From contig CM039009.1 in NCBI GenBank assembly GCA_017499595.2, positions 1,612,001 to 1,676,000 on the forward strand: 64,000 nucleotides of DNA, written 5' to 3'. Under the pieces are notes generated by a model. It had not been told where the DNA came from. It saw only the letters and a list, made by a program, of their open reading frames with translations, and ran no database searches. Positions within the stretch are counted from its first letter, which is position 1. Every line of letters starts with the position of its first letter. The stretch is from Psilocybe cubensis. Lineage: Eukaryota. Made by a program: the position numbers and the translations under genes. Shown here in pieces: positions 11,401-23,326 of the stretch.

Positions 11401-12500
11401 TGACTGTTTAAACAGAAGCAACACTGCAGGAAATTAAAACAAAGCTAATCAAGCAGGATATAGAGACACCTTGTTCTTCTAGAACTGATGGAACAACAGC
11501 TTGGCTAGTTTTGGAACTTAAAATAGAAGAAGCCTAGTAAGCATGCAATATATCATTCTCAGTCTTGATTTTTCTTTTTAACAGCTTAGTAGAATCAATC
11601 TTCAGCAGCATATCAGGCGTCTGGGACAATCTCCAATCTCAGCACAAAAACTAGATCTTGCAAAGAAAAGACAGCGCTTGGCCTCAAGGATACAAGTATT
11701 CCACAATTTATCTGGAAGGTATCTTGAAGAGGCTACAGTTTGCAACATAGCCAAAAAAGTGATATTTTCATATCTCCTGATGGAAACATCAGCAATTCTG
11801 ATTTTTCTGATGCTCTACCTACTTGTTCTATCAATATTAAAAATAACAAGTTTGTTTTTCCATTGGTGGTGGAATTCCCAGATTTAGTATTCCTTTTCTA
11901 TCTAAAATTACGGGAATTTAAGCTTTGATAAGGACAAGCAAATGACTCACTTCAAAAAGTGAAAGAGATGTTGGAATACCTCTCTTTCCAATTTATAGAC
12001 AAGGTTGGGATAAGATTTGGTTGCTTAATCACACTTTAAATCTCTATCAGCATTTTTACAATTGCTACCAAAAAGCTATGGTCAAAATCAAATTGGAATC
12101 TAAAATTAAATACCTCATTTTATTGGTTTTGGAGTGCAAGGTAAGTACTGCAATTTTGGACATAAATGGGCCAAAACAAAGCCAGGCAACTCTGTTATGG
12201 ATTTGGGGAGTCCTGGATGGATATTCCGGAGAGAATACAGAAATATGTGCCAAGGTCCCTAACCGCATGTTGGAATGTAAGTACTGTATTTTCAATTTTG
12301 ACCATATCTAAACATTTACATACCTGTATAAGTCGTTTGTATCCACTGGCTCCGTGCCCAAGCCCAAAACAATAGGTGGAAGAAAAAACTCAATATAACA
12401 AAAACAGATAGAATAGACTACAAGATTTTTCATGTTCAAGGCAACAGAGTGGGAGAGCAAGAGACACAATGCTACAGAATTTGAGGATGTAGGCATGACA
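8430..12500 (+). pseudogene. CxC2-associated KDZ (Kyakuja-Dileera-Zisupton) transposase, heavily decayed
   Basis: Fragments in expected order: WRCCNC...CVLCF..LPFHHIKRWN..FF...LYMGHMGRLCP; RVSRQWRNLK..LALFCPTCPQPGVNLP; TADGNFK (~10033); HACARHG..MVNFQKGEKQMNIDW; FYVHGHQDQC; GEILETLWAILN. Many stops and frameshifts, several introns. Confidence 0.88.
10240..10480. repeat. Diverged ~38-40-bp minisatellite inside a KDZ intron
   Basis: About six recurrences of TTyTCCTGATyyGTGAC...CTCTrGGT after the GTAAGC donor at ~10173. Confidence 0.65.
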
Positions 12501-12588
12501 GTCTTTTCTGAATAACAGATCAATATATGGAACAAGTTTGGGTGGGTTGCAGAGGCTCAATTTATGGCTGTCAATGGAGTTGCACAAT

Positions 12589-15500
12589 CCCTGATGGCCG
12601 GTTCGCCGCGTGACGTCACGTCACACGCGCGAGAGCATCACATATCTTGAGATTTGCTTGAGACACTGCTATTTCATGTGTTTCCAACCGTTTTCTCCCA
12701 AACTTTTTGCACTAAATATGTGTCATAAAATATAGAGAATAATTCTGTAGCATAAGATATGCCAAAACGTCAAAAATGCGTACATGATAGCACAATTTAT
12801 GAAAATGATGTTATCTTTGATGATTGCCTTGAAGATTATCAAGTTAACATTGTCTCGTTTATATGCAATAACATTTGAAACTAATAGAACTAGATATATA
12901 CCCATAACCAACATTTTTTTGTATAATTTTCCTGTCAAATGTTTACAAAAACTTCAATATACATGAACAGATCTGCAGTATACTACACATAATTGGGAAC
13001 TTGTTGTGATAGTTTAAGTATCACTTCCATCATCATCTTCCCATTCTTCCTCTTCATCCATGTCTTCTTCGCTCTCTTCCTCCTCTTCCTCAATAATCCA
13101 AGTGCCATCAACCATCAAATCAATTGCCTTGATTAATATTTCACGGATATCATTAACACGGATAGGAAGGCGACCAGATTGCATATTTGGAGCACCAGCT
13201 TGTTTAAAGAGCTTGAGCTGATCAGTAAGACTTTTTCCTTTTAGCCCAGGAATCTTGGTCTTGTCTAAAATAAGATTTAGCTGCTGAAGTCGTGCCGCTG
13301 TATCTTTGGCATTTTGCTCTCGAGTTTCTTTTCGCTTGGTTTTTTGTTTCTGACGTGTGTTGCGGAAATCAACAAGGTCTTTACGTCTCTTTCTTTCTTC
13401 CTCTCCTGAATTCCGTGCTAGATTTCGAATATACTGGTAGTCTTCTTCTTTTGTAAATTTGGCAGCAACAAATGACTGAGTTTGATTATGAAAATACATT
13501 GATATTGCGTTATGATCCAAAAGAGTAAGCTGGGGTTGGTGCCACATAAGAACCCTAAATGCACCAAGTGCACCTTCATTTTCATCATTTGTTGCTGGCA
13601 TCCATGCAAGCTGCTTTTCTTCTGCAGTTGATTCATCAATCAAGCCTCCTGGTGCAAATTCGGATGTAAACCGATCCCAAGTTTCAGCAGCACCCTCAAG
13701 AAATGCAACAAGAAGCTCCTCAAAGTAAGGCAGATCAGGAAGAAGAGATTTAATTTTGTGCAAAACATCAATATTTTGCCATTCATCTCTATTGAGTGTT
13801 GCTGATTTGTATAAAGTTAAAGGGTCCAGATCAATAGTAAGGATTTTGGGATTTTTGATAAGTTTCTGCAAATGATTGTAAACTTGAGAATGAAGAGGGC
13901 CAAGATCAAGCATATTCTGGCTCTGTGCATTTGAAGCTCGGATAGCCTTCATGTAAGGATAAGAAACACATTCAGCATAGATTGCTAAAACTGCAAGCTC
14001 GCTATCGGTAGAAGAACAGTTGAGAGCATTCATAAGATTGGTTTCCATATGGTTGAGTGTTGAGTTTTGTTTGTTGATACGGAGATTTTCCAAAAACAGC
14101 TTGAACTCTTCTTTATACAAAAGAAGTGCAGCAGATGCATCGCAATAGGATTGAAACCGATTGTTGGAAGTATCTGGAAATGTAAATGGAACTCCAATAT
14201 GCTCCCACCACCAAAAGCGGAATACATCATGGTGCCCTTTCTTATCATCCTTGTGGTTGAAGATAGCTCCAGCAATTTCAGCAGTTTTAATTGCGCCTCG
14301 AGTTGATTTAGAAAAGGCTCTCTCCTGAGCAGCTGTGGGTATATTTCCGCCCTCAAGTATAGCAGCACGCTCTTGTATAACAGGATCATTGTCACGATTT
14401 GCCAACAGAACTGGACGGATAACATCATCACTTTCATTCCCATTCCACCACCTAAGCATTGCTATATAGCCACCCTTGACTGTGTTTAAGTCTTTGTGGC
14501 ATCCACATCCAGCCCAAATGAATAATTGAAGAAGTCGCTTTTCAGAGTCTGGAAGGCTATCAAAAGCAGTCTTTCCAAGTTGCGCAATTGCAGTCTCCAA
14601 CATAACAGTTTTTCTTTCTCCTTTTTGGATATCTGATAAAGCATCCCATTTTTTCTGCCCTCCTGCCTTCTTTATCATAGCCGCTTCAGCCTTTTGAAAA
14701 TATTCTGAAACTTCTTCAAAAGACATTTCAAGCATTCTTTCCTCTCCAAGCTGTTGATCAACTGCAGCTGCTTTTATTGCCTCTAATAAACGAGCATCCT
14801 TCTTTTCCTTTGCACAATGATCGGTATTCATCCCCATAAGTTTTATAAAGAGTTCTGCAATTTTAAAAATGGATCCAGATCGCTTGCCAAGTGGACTATT
14901 GTTGTAAATGTTAAGAATTCCCTCCAATGATTTTTGCCAATCTGCTACAGCTTCTGCACTTGTACCATCCCGTGAAGATTGGATTCCAAGTGAACGAGTA
15001 ACATGCTGTTCAGATGTGGTATCATCAAGTGTTGTGTAGTCTTTTGCAAGAAGATGAACATGTCGGGAATTATAATTGATACTCCGGTGGCCTGTACCAT
15101 CGGCACTAAAGGTCATTCCATCTGTATTCTTCATTTCATATCCAAGTTGAATTTGTGCAGCAAAGTAACCTTCGCGAAGAATGCGAGACACTGAAGCCCG
15201 ACTGATTCCACCAATAGCTTCCAATCCTGCAGATTTTAACACGGCTACTATAACATCTTGGATGTAATTGCGTGAGCAGCCCAGCCAGCCTTAACAAGAA
15301 GACGAACAACATCCCGAGTGCTTTCTGTAATAACTCCTTTGCTAGTCAAATGATGAACAGATCGCTCTTGATAAATTTTATGACGCAAATTAGCAAGAGC
15401 TTCACTCTTGGTAGCTTTGGTGTATTCCAAGGTTTTGCGCAGATTCAGTGCCTCTTTTCGAAGATCCTGCAGACGGTCATTGGATATACTGAGCTTGGAA

Positions 15501-16970
15501 TGTGCATCAGCCAGTTGGAGAGACCATTGGGATAAGGATTTAGATAAGGTGTCTCGCAATTCTTCATTAGCCTTTTTAAGTGATAAGTAGGATTCATGTG
15601 ACTGCTGAGCTCCACGTAAATGCTGTATGGATGCTTGTTCCTCCGCTGTCTTTAAAATCATAATTTGTTCCTCTAATTGAGAGTTTTTAGCTTTCCAGCG
15701 CTTTGTAGTTTGACGTTGCATGCGAAGCTCATGATAAGTGTCTTTGCTTTTGGACTTCATCAAGGAGGCTTCGTTCTTATGCTTGTCTAACTCCAAAAGA
15801 GCACTTTCAAGCCTTAAACTTAGACCAGCACACTCCTTTTCCTTTTTAGAAAGCATGGTCTCCAATTCCTTGATATGCAATTGTGCAGCTTTAAGTTCTT
15901 CCCAAAGACTCTCCAATGCAGTCTCTGAGTCAAGCGCAGCTTTCTTCTCTGCTTTAGCCTCTCTGGCTGCTGCAATGGATACAACCCGTTTTGCTTTGCC
16001 AGGCGGCATGATAGTCAAGAAATCTTGCATATTGCAAAATAATAAATTAGAATAATACATCCTAGCTTTATATAATAGCTCACCAAAGGTTACAGACAAA
16101 AAGCTATTTAAAAGCAGGCTTATAGGTTGCAAAAAAGAGACTGTTAAATTTATTCAGCAATAGTACAACTCTAGAATAAAGAAATCTACTTACTGGAGAT
16201 ATACACAGTCAATATGTGGTCAAAAGGGAGAAAAATCAAAGATATTGGGTCCAAAAATGCAAGGAACAACAAGATTGAGCAGTCGTGTGTGGAGATGATG
16301 GTGGTAAAGGGGAAAGAAGTGTTTCTGCGCAGCCTCTGTGTATATATACGCTGTTTCGAGACTATTTTGAGTGTGCGAGGCATCCGTGTGGCAGTCGCGG
16401 GACATTTCCGGCCCGTTCGGGAATGCAATCAGTGGCTGTGTTATTGTCATTTTGCAGGTAAATCAATACGAGGAGAATAGCTCACTGAGAACATCGATTC
16501 AAGGTATGATTTAGGGGGCGAAATTGGTCTATTTTTCAATACAAACAACGTGGTCAGAGCGAAATTTTTATTTTCTCTCTCTAAGTATCTAAAAACCGCT
16601 ATTTTGGGGGTATATCTCAGCAATGAAAGAGAAATCAAAAATTCCGCTCTGATAGAGTTGTTTAGAATTGAAAATAGATACTTTTTGCTCTATCAACCAT
16701 TCTGATAGCATTATCCGCTGTAATGATAATAGTTATATAGTCAAGAGCACTATTTTTGGCAGGGAAAACAGTAACATTTCGCATTTTGAAAAGACACATT
16801 GCATCTTAGCCTTAGCTACTTTCACAGAGTGTAGATATATATTATATAGTTATATTGGAGCCATTTTACAATTTATGCTACCAATGCATGAAGCATAAAG
16901 TCAATGTCTCAAGATATGGGTGGTGTCACAGTGTGACGACCCAAGTCACCCGCGGTCACACGCATCAGGG
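12589..16970 (-). mobile_element. 4.4-kb DNA transposon with CCCTGATG...CATCAGGG termini and probable 2-bp TSD (AT)
   Basis: CAATCCCTGATG (12585-12596) is the exact reverse complement of 16963-16974. The subterminal inverted motif CATATCTTGAGA (~12640, ~16906) and GTCAC/GTGAC clusters occur at both ends. The interior keeps CpGs, unlike the flanks. Confidence 0.78.
13014..16009 (-). pseudogene. Putative DDE transposase, ~996 aa when repaired, intronless, one frameshift
   Basis: ORFs 15248-16132 and 13014-15242 join if one CAGCC of the duplication at 15277-15286 is removed (LVKAGCSRNYIQDVIVAVLKSA). N-terminal coiled coil, then FSADGT, MNTDH, CGCHK (CxxH), SNNRF, ATNDENEGALG, acidic tail. Confidence 0.72.
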
Positions 16971-17119
16971 ATTGGTCACCACCACTGTCAATAAAGACTA
17001 TATAGGATTTTGGACACTAAAATAAAACATAATTCTTTGGGAAATTTTGATATACTATTTTTATTACTACTCTGCAGTTAGATTATATATAAGGACCCGG
17101 AAAAGATGATAGAATTATA

Positions 17120-18760
17120 AATGTCATGTTCCATGCAATATGCTAGGTGTTTGATAAATAAAGTATTGGTAAGTAGTTATAATGGAACAAGACTCAATAT
17201 CCAGAACATATTTATAATGCATGGAAAATGGTAAGCCAACATTCCCCTCAATTGGTAGTCCAGAATCAGAGTCCATGTCTATTTCCTGTGACAAATAAGA
17301 AGGAGAGCAGTCAGAAGACCACTGACTTACTGTGCTGCCAGACTGAGTCAATTCAGACTCATATTGTGACAACTCAATATCTTTAATTTTGGATACAGAA
17401 CCTGAGCTTTGACAAATTCTTCTTTAGTCTCTAGAAAAGCCTCCTCCATATCTTCTTCCTCCCACTTAGATTGCATATTATCTTTCATTGCCTTGAAGAA
17501 TAGCAACATTCCAGAAATAATGGCATGCTGATGCAATCACTTGTAGGCATCCAAATACCATATCAAACAGCTTAAAGCCTTTAGTTTTTTGGACATTGCA
17601 GTGGCAGCTATATTTTCTACCTTGTTAATGTTGGCTAGTAATTGAACCAACACTGCCTTGGAAATTGTACAGACATCTTCTTGATCAATGATAGGTGTTT
17701 TCAAAGTTGAATTAGTGTTATCCATGGTATTTTGTTCCAAGTCATCTACCAAATAATTTTAGAAAAAAAAAAATCAACACAAAGAAGATACATTGTGTGT
17801 AGACCATCCTAGACTCATAGCAATAGATAGATCCTCCATATGAATGTCATTGTCCTGCTAGGTTTACTAGGTTTTGTAGCAATTGGATTACGTTCATCAC
17901 GACTCAAGTTGGTTTTTATCCTACCATAATATTAAAAGGGGGACAAAGAGCCTTTGGAATACTTGACAGTGTTTAGAGACTCACTGTTCAACCAAATATC
18001 TTCATATCTTATGAACCTGGCACCTAAAAGAATTTTGGAAGCTGAGGCCAAAATTTTACCACTTTCAGTGGAGGCAGAAGTGGCTACTTTATCCTCCCTA
18101 TCAAAACTGGTGGTGCTTGGATTCACCAAACCCTTTTCAAATAAAAACCAATGGATAGGCAGACTAGGCGGAAGTTATATCTTGGTGTATTTTGAATGAC
18201 AGAAAGGCCCTTGATGCGGGAAGAAACCAGATTAAATGAGCTTTGTGAATTCAGATTTTTAATATAATATCAAAGCAAAAGGTAGTAAACTTACCTTTGT
18301 CATTGTAATGGTGATCAAACTGTCAAGATCTGTGAAACTCGGAATTTGTCCATTTTTTGCCCACCACAAAAAAGTGCCCTTTAAATCAAACTACTTGATT
18401 ATTGAGCAAGATTTTTATTCCAAGAAATCATTAAAAAGGCAGTTTATGGTGTTGATAGCCAGACCATGTGTCCACAGAAGCTCTTGAAGGAAAAAAGGAG
18501 TTGGTATTGCTAAGCCCAGAATTGAGGCATTACCATGATTCATAGTTATGGATTCTTATAGAAAATTTATATAATGCAGCAATTTTGAAAAAATAAATGT
18601 TTACCAGTTCTTGTTGGACTGCATTCTGAATGGATTTATTGGCTACTTCCAGGCCAGGTCTTGTAATCTCCAAAATCCCAATGCAAATGCGCACAAGCAG
18701 ATAGGTCATTTTCATATGCATAAAGTCTTCTTCACACTTCCAGGTGGTAGTAATAAGAGG
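17120..18760 (-). pseudogene. Decayed intron-containing gene of unknown function, convergent with KDZ copy 1 (possible cargo)
   Basis: Chain of short minus-strand ORFs with GTAAGT...AG intron signals (e.g. ~18294); no motif recognised. Confidence 0.35.
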
Positions 18761-19389
18761 GGAGAAGATTATGTCTAAAGTAAATAGATAGAATAATTTA
18801 CAAAAGTCAGAGAAAACTAGAGGAATTGAGTGATTGTCTTTGAGCCTTAGACTTTAATCTAATCACTTATTCAACCACATTTATCAGCATGTGACCACAG
18901 ATCAATCACATTGCACAGCATAGATAGAGGTGAAATTAAATCACACCACTATCCTTAGTCTTATCATAGTTCTGGAAGCCTATTACCGATAGCAGACAAA
19001 CATGCTAAACAGACACAAAAGAAAGTTTGTATATTATCTTTTCACTTTTATAAACTAATATTGACCTAATCTATTGGCAGAATGTCCAGCCAACCACTGT
19101 CCAATTACATCTCAACAATGTGCCATTTTGTAACATATATGATGTCCAGTCACGTCATATTGTCAATCAAGTGGTTGGAGCAGAACCTGCTATACTATCT
19201 GCTGGAATGAGAGACCCTCTACCCACAAAGACAAGGCTTAAGCACAAATTTCTGCCTGATTGACTATATTGTGAGCTCTATTATGTACTTATATAAAGTC
19301 ATCTAGAGCAAGAATGGTGAAAACATCTCTAGGTTTAAGGTTGACTGAGTGACACTCAAACATCAAGTTACCAATTTCAAGGCCTATCA

Positions 19390-19945
19390 GGAAGACTAGG
19401 AGGCAGAAAGGAAGAAGAAAAAAAAGAGAAGCATAAAAAGGAGAAGCATGAGGAGGAGAAGAGGCAGAGTGAGGAGGAGAGGCAGAAAGAAAAAGAAAGG
19501 GAGAAGAGGGAAGAAGCAAAGCAGAAGGTGGAAGAGAAAAAAAAGGAGAAGAAGAGAAAAGGAAAGCAAGAAAGAAGGAGGAAAAAGGAGGAGTGGAGAA
19601 AGAGGAAGCAAAAGAAGCAGAAGGAGGAAAGAAGGGAAAAAGTGAAAAAGAAGCAGAAGAAGAAGAAGAGAAGGAAGAGGAAGCAGGATAAGAAGACAGA
19701 TGGGGAGACAGACAAGGAAAAGGAGAAGAAACGGGCTGAAAAAGGCAAGGGCTTGGCTGTTGAGCCTCTGGTAGAACAGGGACCTGCAACAGGTAGCCCT
19801 AAGGAGAAGAAAAAATGGAAAATCCCACATTACTGTCTCCAACATGCCTGGCCACTACCTTACTGCCTCTAATATGTCCATCTATCTGAGAAAGGGAAAG
19901 GAAAATGTCAACCTTGCAGTAAGAGATAATTCCTTTGTTCCACCC
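19390..19945 (+). repeat. Purine-rich low-complexity tract encoding a Lys/Glu-rich segment, followed by a decayed Cys cluster
   Basis: GAA/AAG/GAG-rich 19390-19740; then ...YCL*...GKCQPCSKR*FLCS, resembling half of a Zn2Cys6-like motif. Confidence 0.5.
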
Positions 19946-20415
19946 CTAGATTTTGGTAAGTTTTGACAATACCTTTAAATAGATGTATTGAAAATATGCT
20001 AAAAATAAAGATTCCAATTTTGAGAGAGACTTATTCTCTCCTATTGAAAAGGTATGCACACATCTGGCAGTAAATAATTCTTCATTTGTGTCTCCACCTC
20101 TACCCTTGAGCAAGTTAACTTTACTTTGTTAAGTAATTTCTCTGACTGTATCTCTGGATTCTACTAGATATCATTGACATAAATTCCTCCAGTAAGAATG
20201 CCCAATCTATTGCGGCAATGCAAACTTCTCAATCTTTGGCTCAGTTTCTTGCGCCAAAGTCTTTGGCAACCATCTCCTCCATCATAGTGGTAGAATCTTC
20301 TTCCACCAAACTGCAGATTAATGTGCCTACTGTAAAAGAAACTCTCACTGTTCTAACCATTACTCCCATTATTTTCTACATATCTGTTGTAGATTCTATT
20401 ATCCTTGGAGTGGTC

Positions 20416-23326
20416 CTTACCACTTATATGATATATACTGACTAGATTTCAGCACAACTTCATGTAAATCTGTCAGTAAATAAAGATATGAAAAATTGTG
20501 GTAAATAAATGAGATATCCTACCAGCCATTTATCAAAAAGCTGTGACACTTTTCATTCAATGCCAGCCCCATTTTTCATTTAATGCCGGCCCTATTTTTT
20601 ATTGGATGCCAGCCATATTTTTCATTGAATATCAGCCGAATTTATCATTGGAGATTACTTAATGAAATGATCTTGATGTCATTGATCTGATTAGAATTAG
20701 GCTTTGGACCATCATTGATGGACATGACATCATGCTCAATTAGGGTCCTGGGCTTTTCCCTTTGCCTCGGCCCCTGGCTCTATAAATAGTGCTCATCCTA
20801 TGCTACTTTTGTGCATTGCTGGCAATGGATTGGGCGCTTTTGGGGGCATTTCTGGACCGTTTTCCTTGGTCTTTTTTGGTATACCTATAGTTTTAAAGTG
20901 TCCCAATCCGAATCTGAAATCAGAATTGCAATATCTTTACTCATTATTGTGCAATTAAGCGTGCGATGTTTTGGTCAAAAAGCGCACCTTGAATAGCACC
21001 CTCCAGGGGTGGGTATTCACCCTTTTGACCATTCCATTATTTTTTATTTATGTTAAACAGAGTACATGCCAAGTTTTAGCTTAATTGGAGCAGTGAAACC
21101 TATTGAACTAGAATGTGCACCCTACCCCTCCTCCTACCCCTTGTATAAATGCCTTCCTGACCAGATAAATTCAGGCCCAGCTAGGGTTGGTTAGGCGCCC
21201 ATTATATCAATTTTTAGAGTCCTTAATCTCAATTAAATTCCAAGATTAAAGGGTACCATTCTCTATTCCCTCCAGAAATTATATATTTTATTACAGGATA
21301 GAATGGACATCTCCAGTACATATAAGTATGTAAACCTGTCCTACACAGTATCAGAAACGCAATACATACCTTTGAAACATTCTAGATAAAGAAGAACACC
21401 TTGGTTATGAGGTCAACAAAAAGACATTAGGTTTCCACCCTAATATGAGCATATCACCGCTTATACTTCACCAAAATCCTCATATTATACATCTACTTAT
21501 AGCTATTACGGTCCTCTACATATTATATTCAGTTTGCTAAACAGCCAGAGCACCTCACAAAATGGTACAAGAAGAATAAGCAAAATTATCTAAAAATAGC
21601 AAAAAGGCGAAATATGATGGGCAAGATAACACCCAAAAAATACAAATATAATACGGTTGTGTAGCCCCAAATGACACCTATCTGTGGTATATAAAATCAT
21701 GAAAATCCGATGAGTATGAGCTGAGATATGTCAAAATGTATCTCAGAGAAAGGCTAAAGAGGTGACCACAAACAAAGCATAAATAAAGGCCAATATCCAT
21801 CCGGGTCTCTGATGGATGCTTCAACACCTTTCTTTCCATATCTCAACAACCACTGGTCCGATGCACAACATCATTAATGTTATGGAAAGCTACATTTTGG
21901 GGCTATACTATCCTGCTTTTATATTTTCTGATTATGATCATTTATATATGGTAAATGCGAAAATACTGTACATTTTGATGAAGAATGGTATTCCCTCTGC
22001 AGCATCTCATATCATAGACGGATCTTTTTGCACCTTGAGAATGATAGTTAGGGGGCAACTATAGGTATCGGTAGACGTCAAGAATATGATTTACAAAGAA
22101 GTATTTGTAGAGATATAACCTAATCAATAACCTACCATACCTGTCTTCATACCCCTCCTTGAATCAGTATGTTCCCTTGCTGCAGAGGGTTTTTAAGGGT
22201 AACTTTTGGACTCTATGTGCTGTTATTAGTAGATCTACATGTTTTTTAATGGTCTGAGAGCCCATCCTATGGTATAATAAAATACACAAGTTCTGGAGGG
22301 AGTGAGGGGTAGTACCCTTAAATCTTAGAGTTACACCAAGATTTTGGGCTCTAAAAATTGGTATAATAGACGCCTACCCAGCCCCAGTTAGGCCTGAATG
22401 TATCTGATCAGGAAGGCATTTATACGAGGGGTAGGAGGAGGGGTAGGGTGCACATTCTAGTTCAATAGGTTCCACTGCTCCAATTAAGCTGAAACTTGGC
22501 ATGCACTCCGTCTAACATAAATAAAAAATAATGGCATAGTCAGAAGGGTGCATACAAACCCCTGGAGGGTGCTATTCAAGGTGCGCTTTTTGATCAAAAC
22601 ATCGTACGCTTAATTGCACAATAATGAGTAAAGATATTGCAATTTTGATTTCATATTTGGATTGGGACACTTTAAAACTATAGGTATACCAAAAAAGACT
22701 AAGGAAAACGGTCCAGAAATGCCCCCAAAAGCGCCCAATCCATTGCCAGCAATACACAAAAGTAGCATAGGATGAGCACTATTTATAGAGCCAGGAGCCA
22801 AGGGAAGGGGCAGAGACAGGGCCCTGATGTGATGGCTGTCAGCCCTAATTCTAATATATTTAGTCCGAGTTCCTGGGCCAAAAATATCATGCACTAATCA
22901 ATCTGATACAGGATTATCAAGCCTAGATAATCATAAGATAAGCTAATGACGTTCGAACGAATATTTGTGCCAGTGTTTTATGATACACTCGCTGGCACGG
23001 AATGATATGGGGCTGGCATGGAATGATATATGTGCTGGTATACCAATGAAATATTTGTGCCAGTGGCTTATGATAAACTCGCTGGCACGGAATGATATAT
23101 GTGCTGGTATACCAATGAAATATTCATGCCAGCGGCTTATGATAAACTCGCTGGCACGGAATAATAAATAATATACAGTTGTCAGTGCATATGAAAAATC
23201 CCCTGGCAATACAAATGATATATTTCATACTTAGTATACCACAATTTTTCATATCATACATATGCTGGCAATTTAACATGAGGTTGTGCTGAAATACTGT
23301 CAGGTTATATCATATAAGGTGGTAAG
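20416..23326. mobile_element. Non-coding long-inverted-repeat (foldback-like) element, ~2.9 kb
   Basis: Outer IR: CTTACCAC-TTATATGATAT...TTTCAGCACAAC...GATATGAAAAATTGTGGTA (20416-~20505 vs ~23235-23326). Inner ~520-bp IR at ~20750-21280 vs ~22290-22810 (duplicate ORFs 20811+ and 22572-). TSD not resolved. Confidence 0.8.
22960..23162. repeat. Tandem repeat, ~69-bp unit, about 2.5-3 copies
   Basis: AATATTTGTGCCAG...TTATGATAAACTCGCTGGCACGGAATGATAT recurs three times. Confidence 0.85.

Noticed and set aside
19289-19845. Phe/Leu/Ser-rich membrane-like ORFs on the minus strand
   Set aside because: Artefacts of a stop-poor pyrimidine tract.
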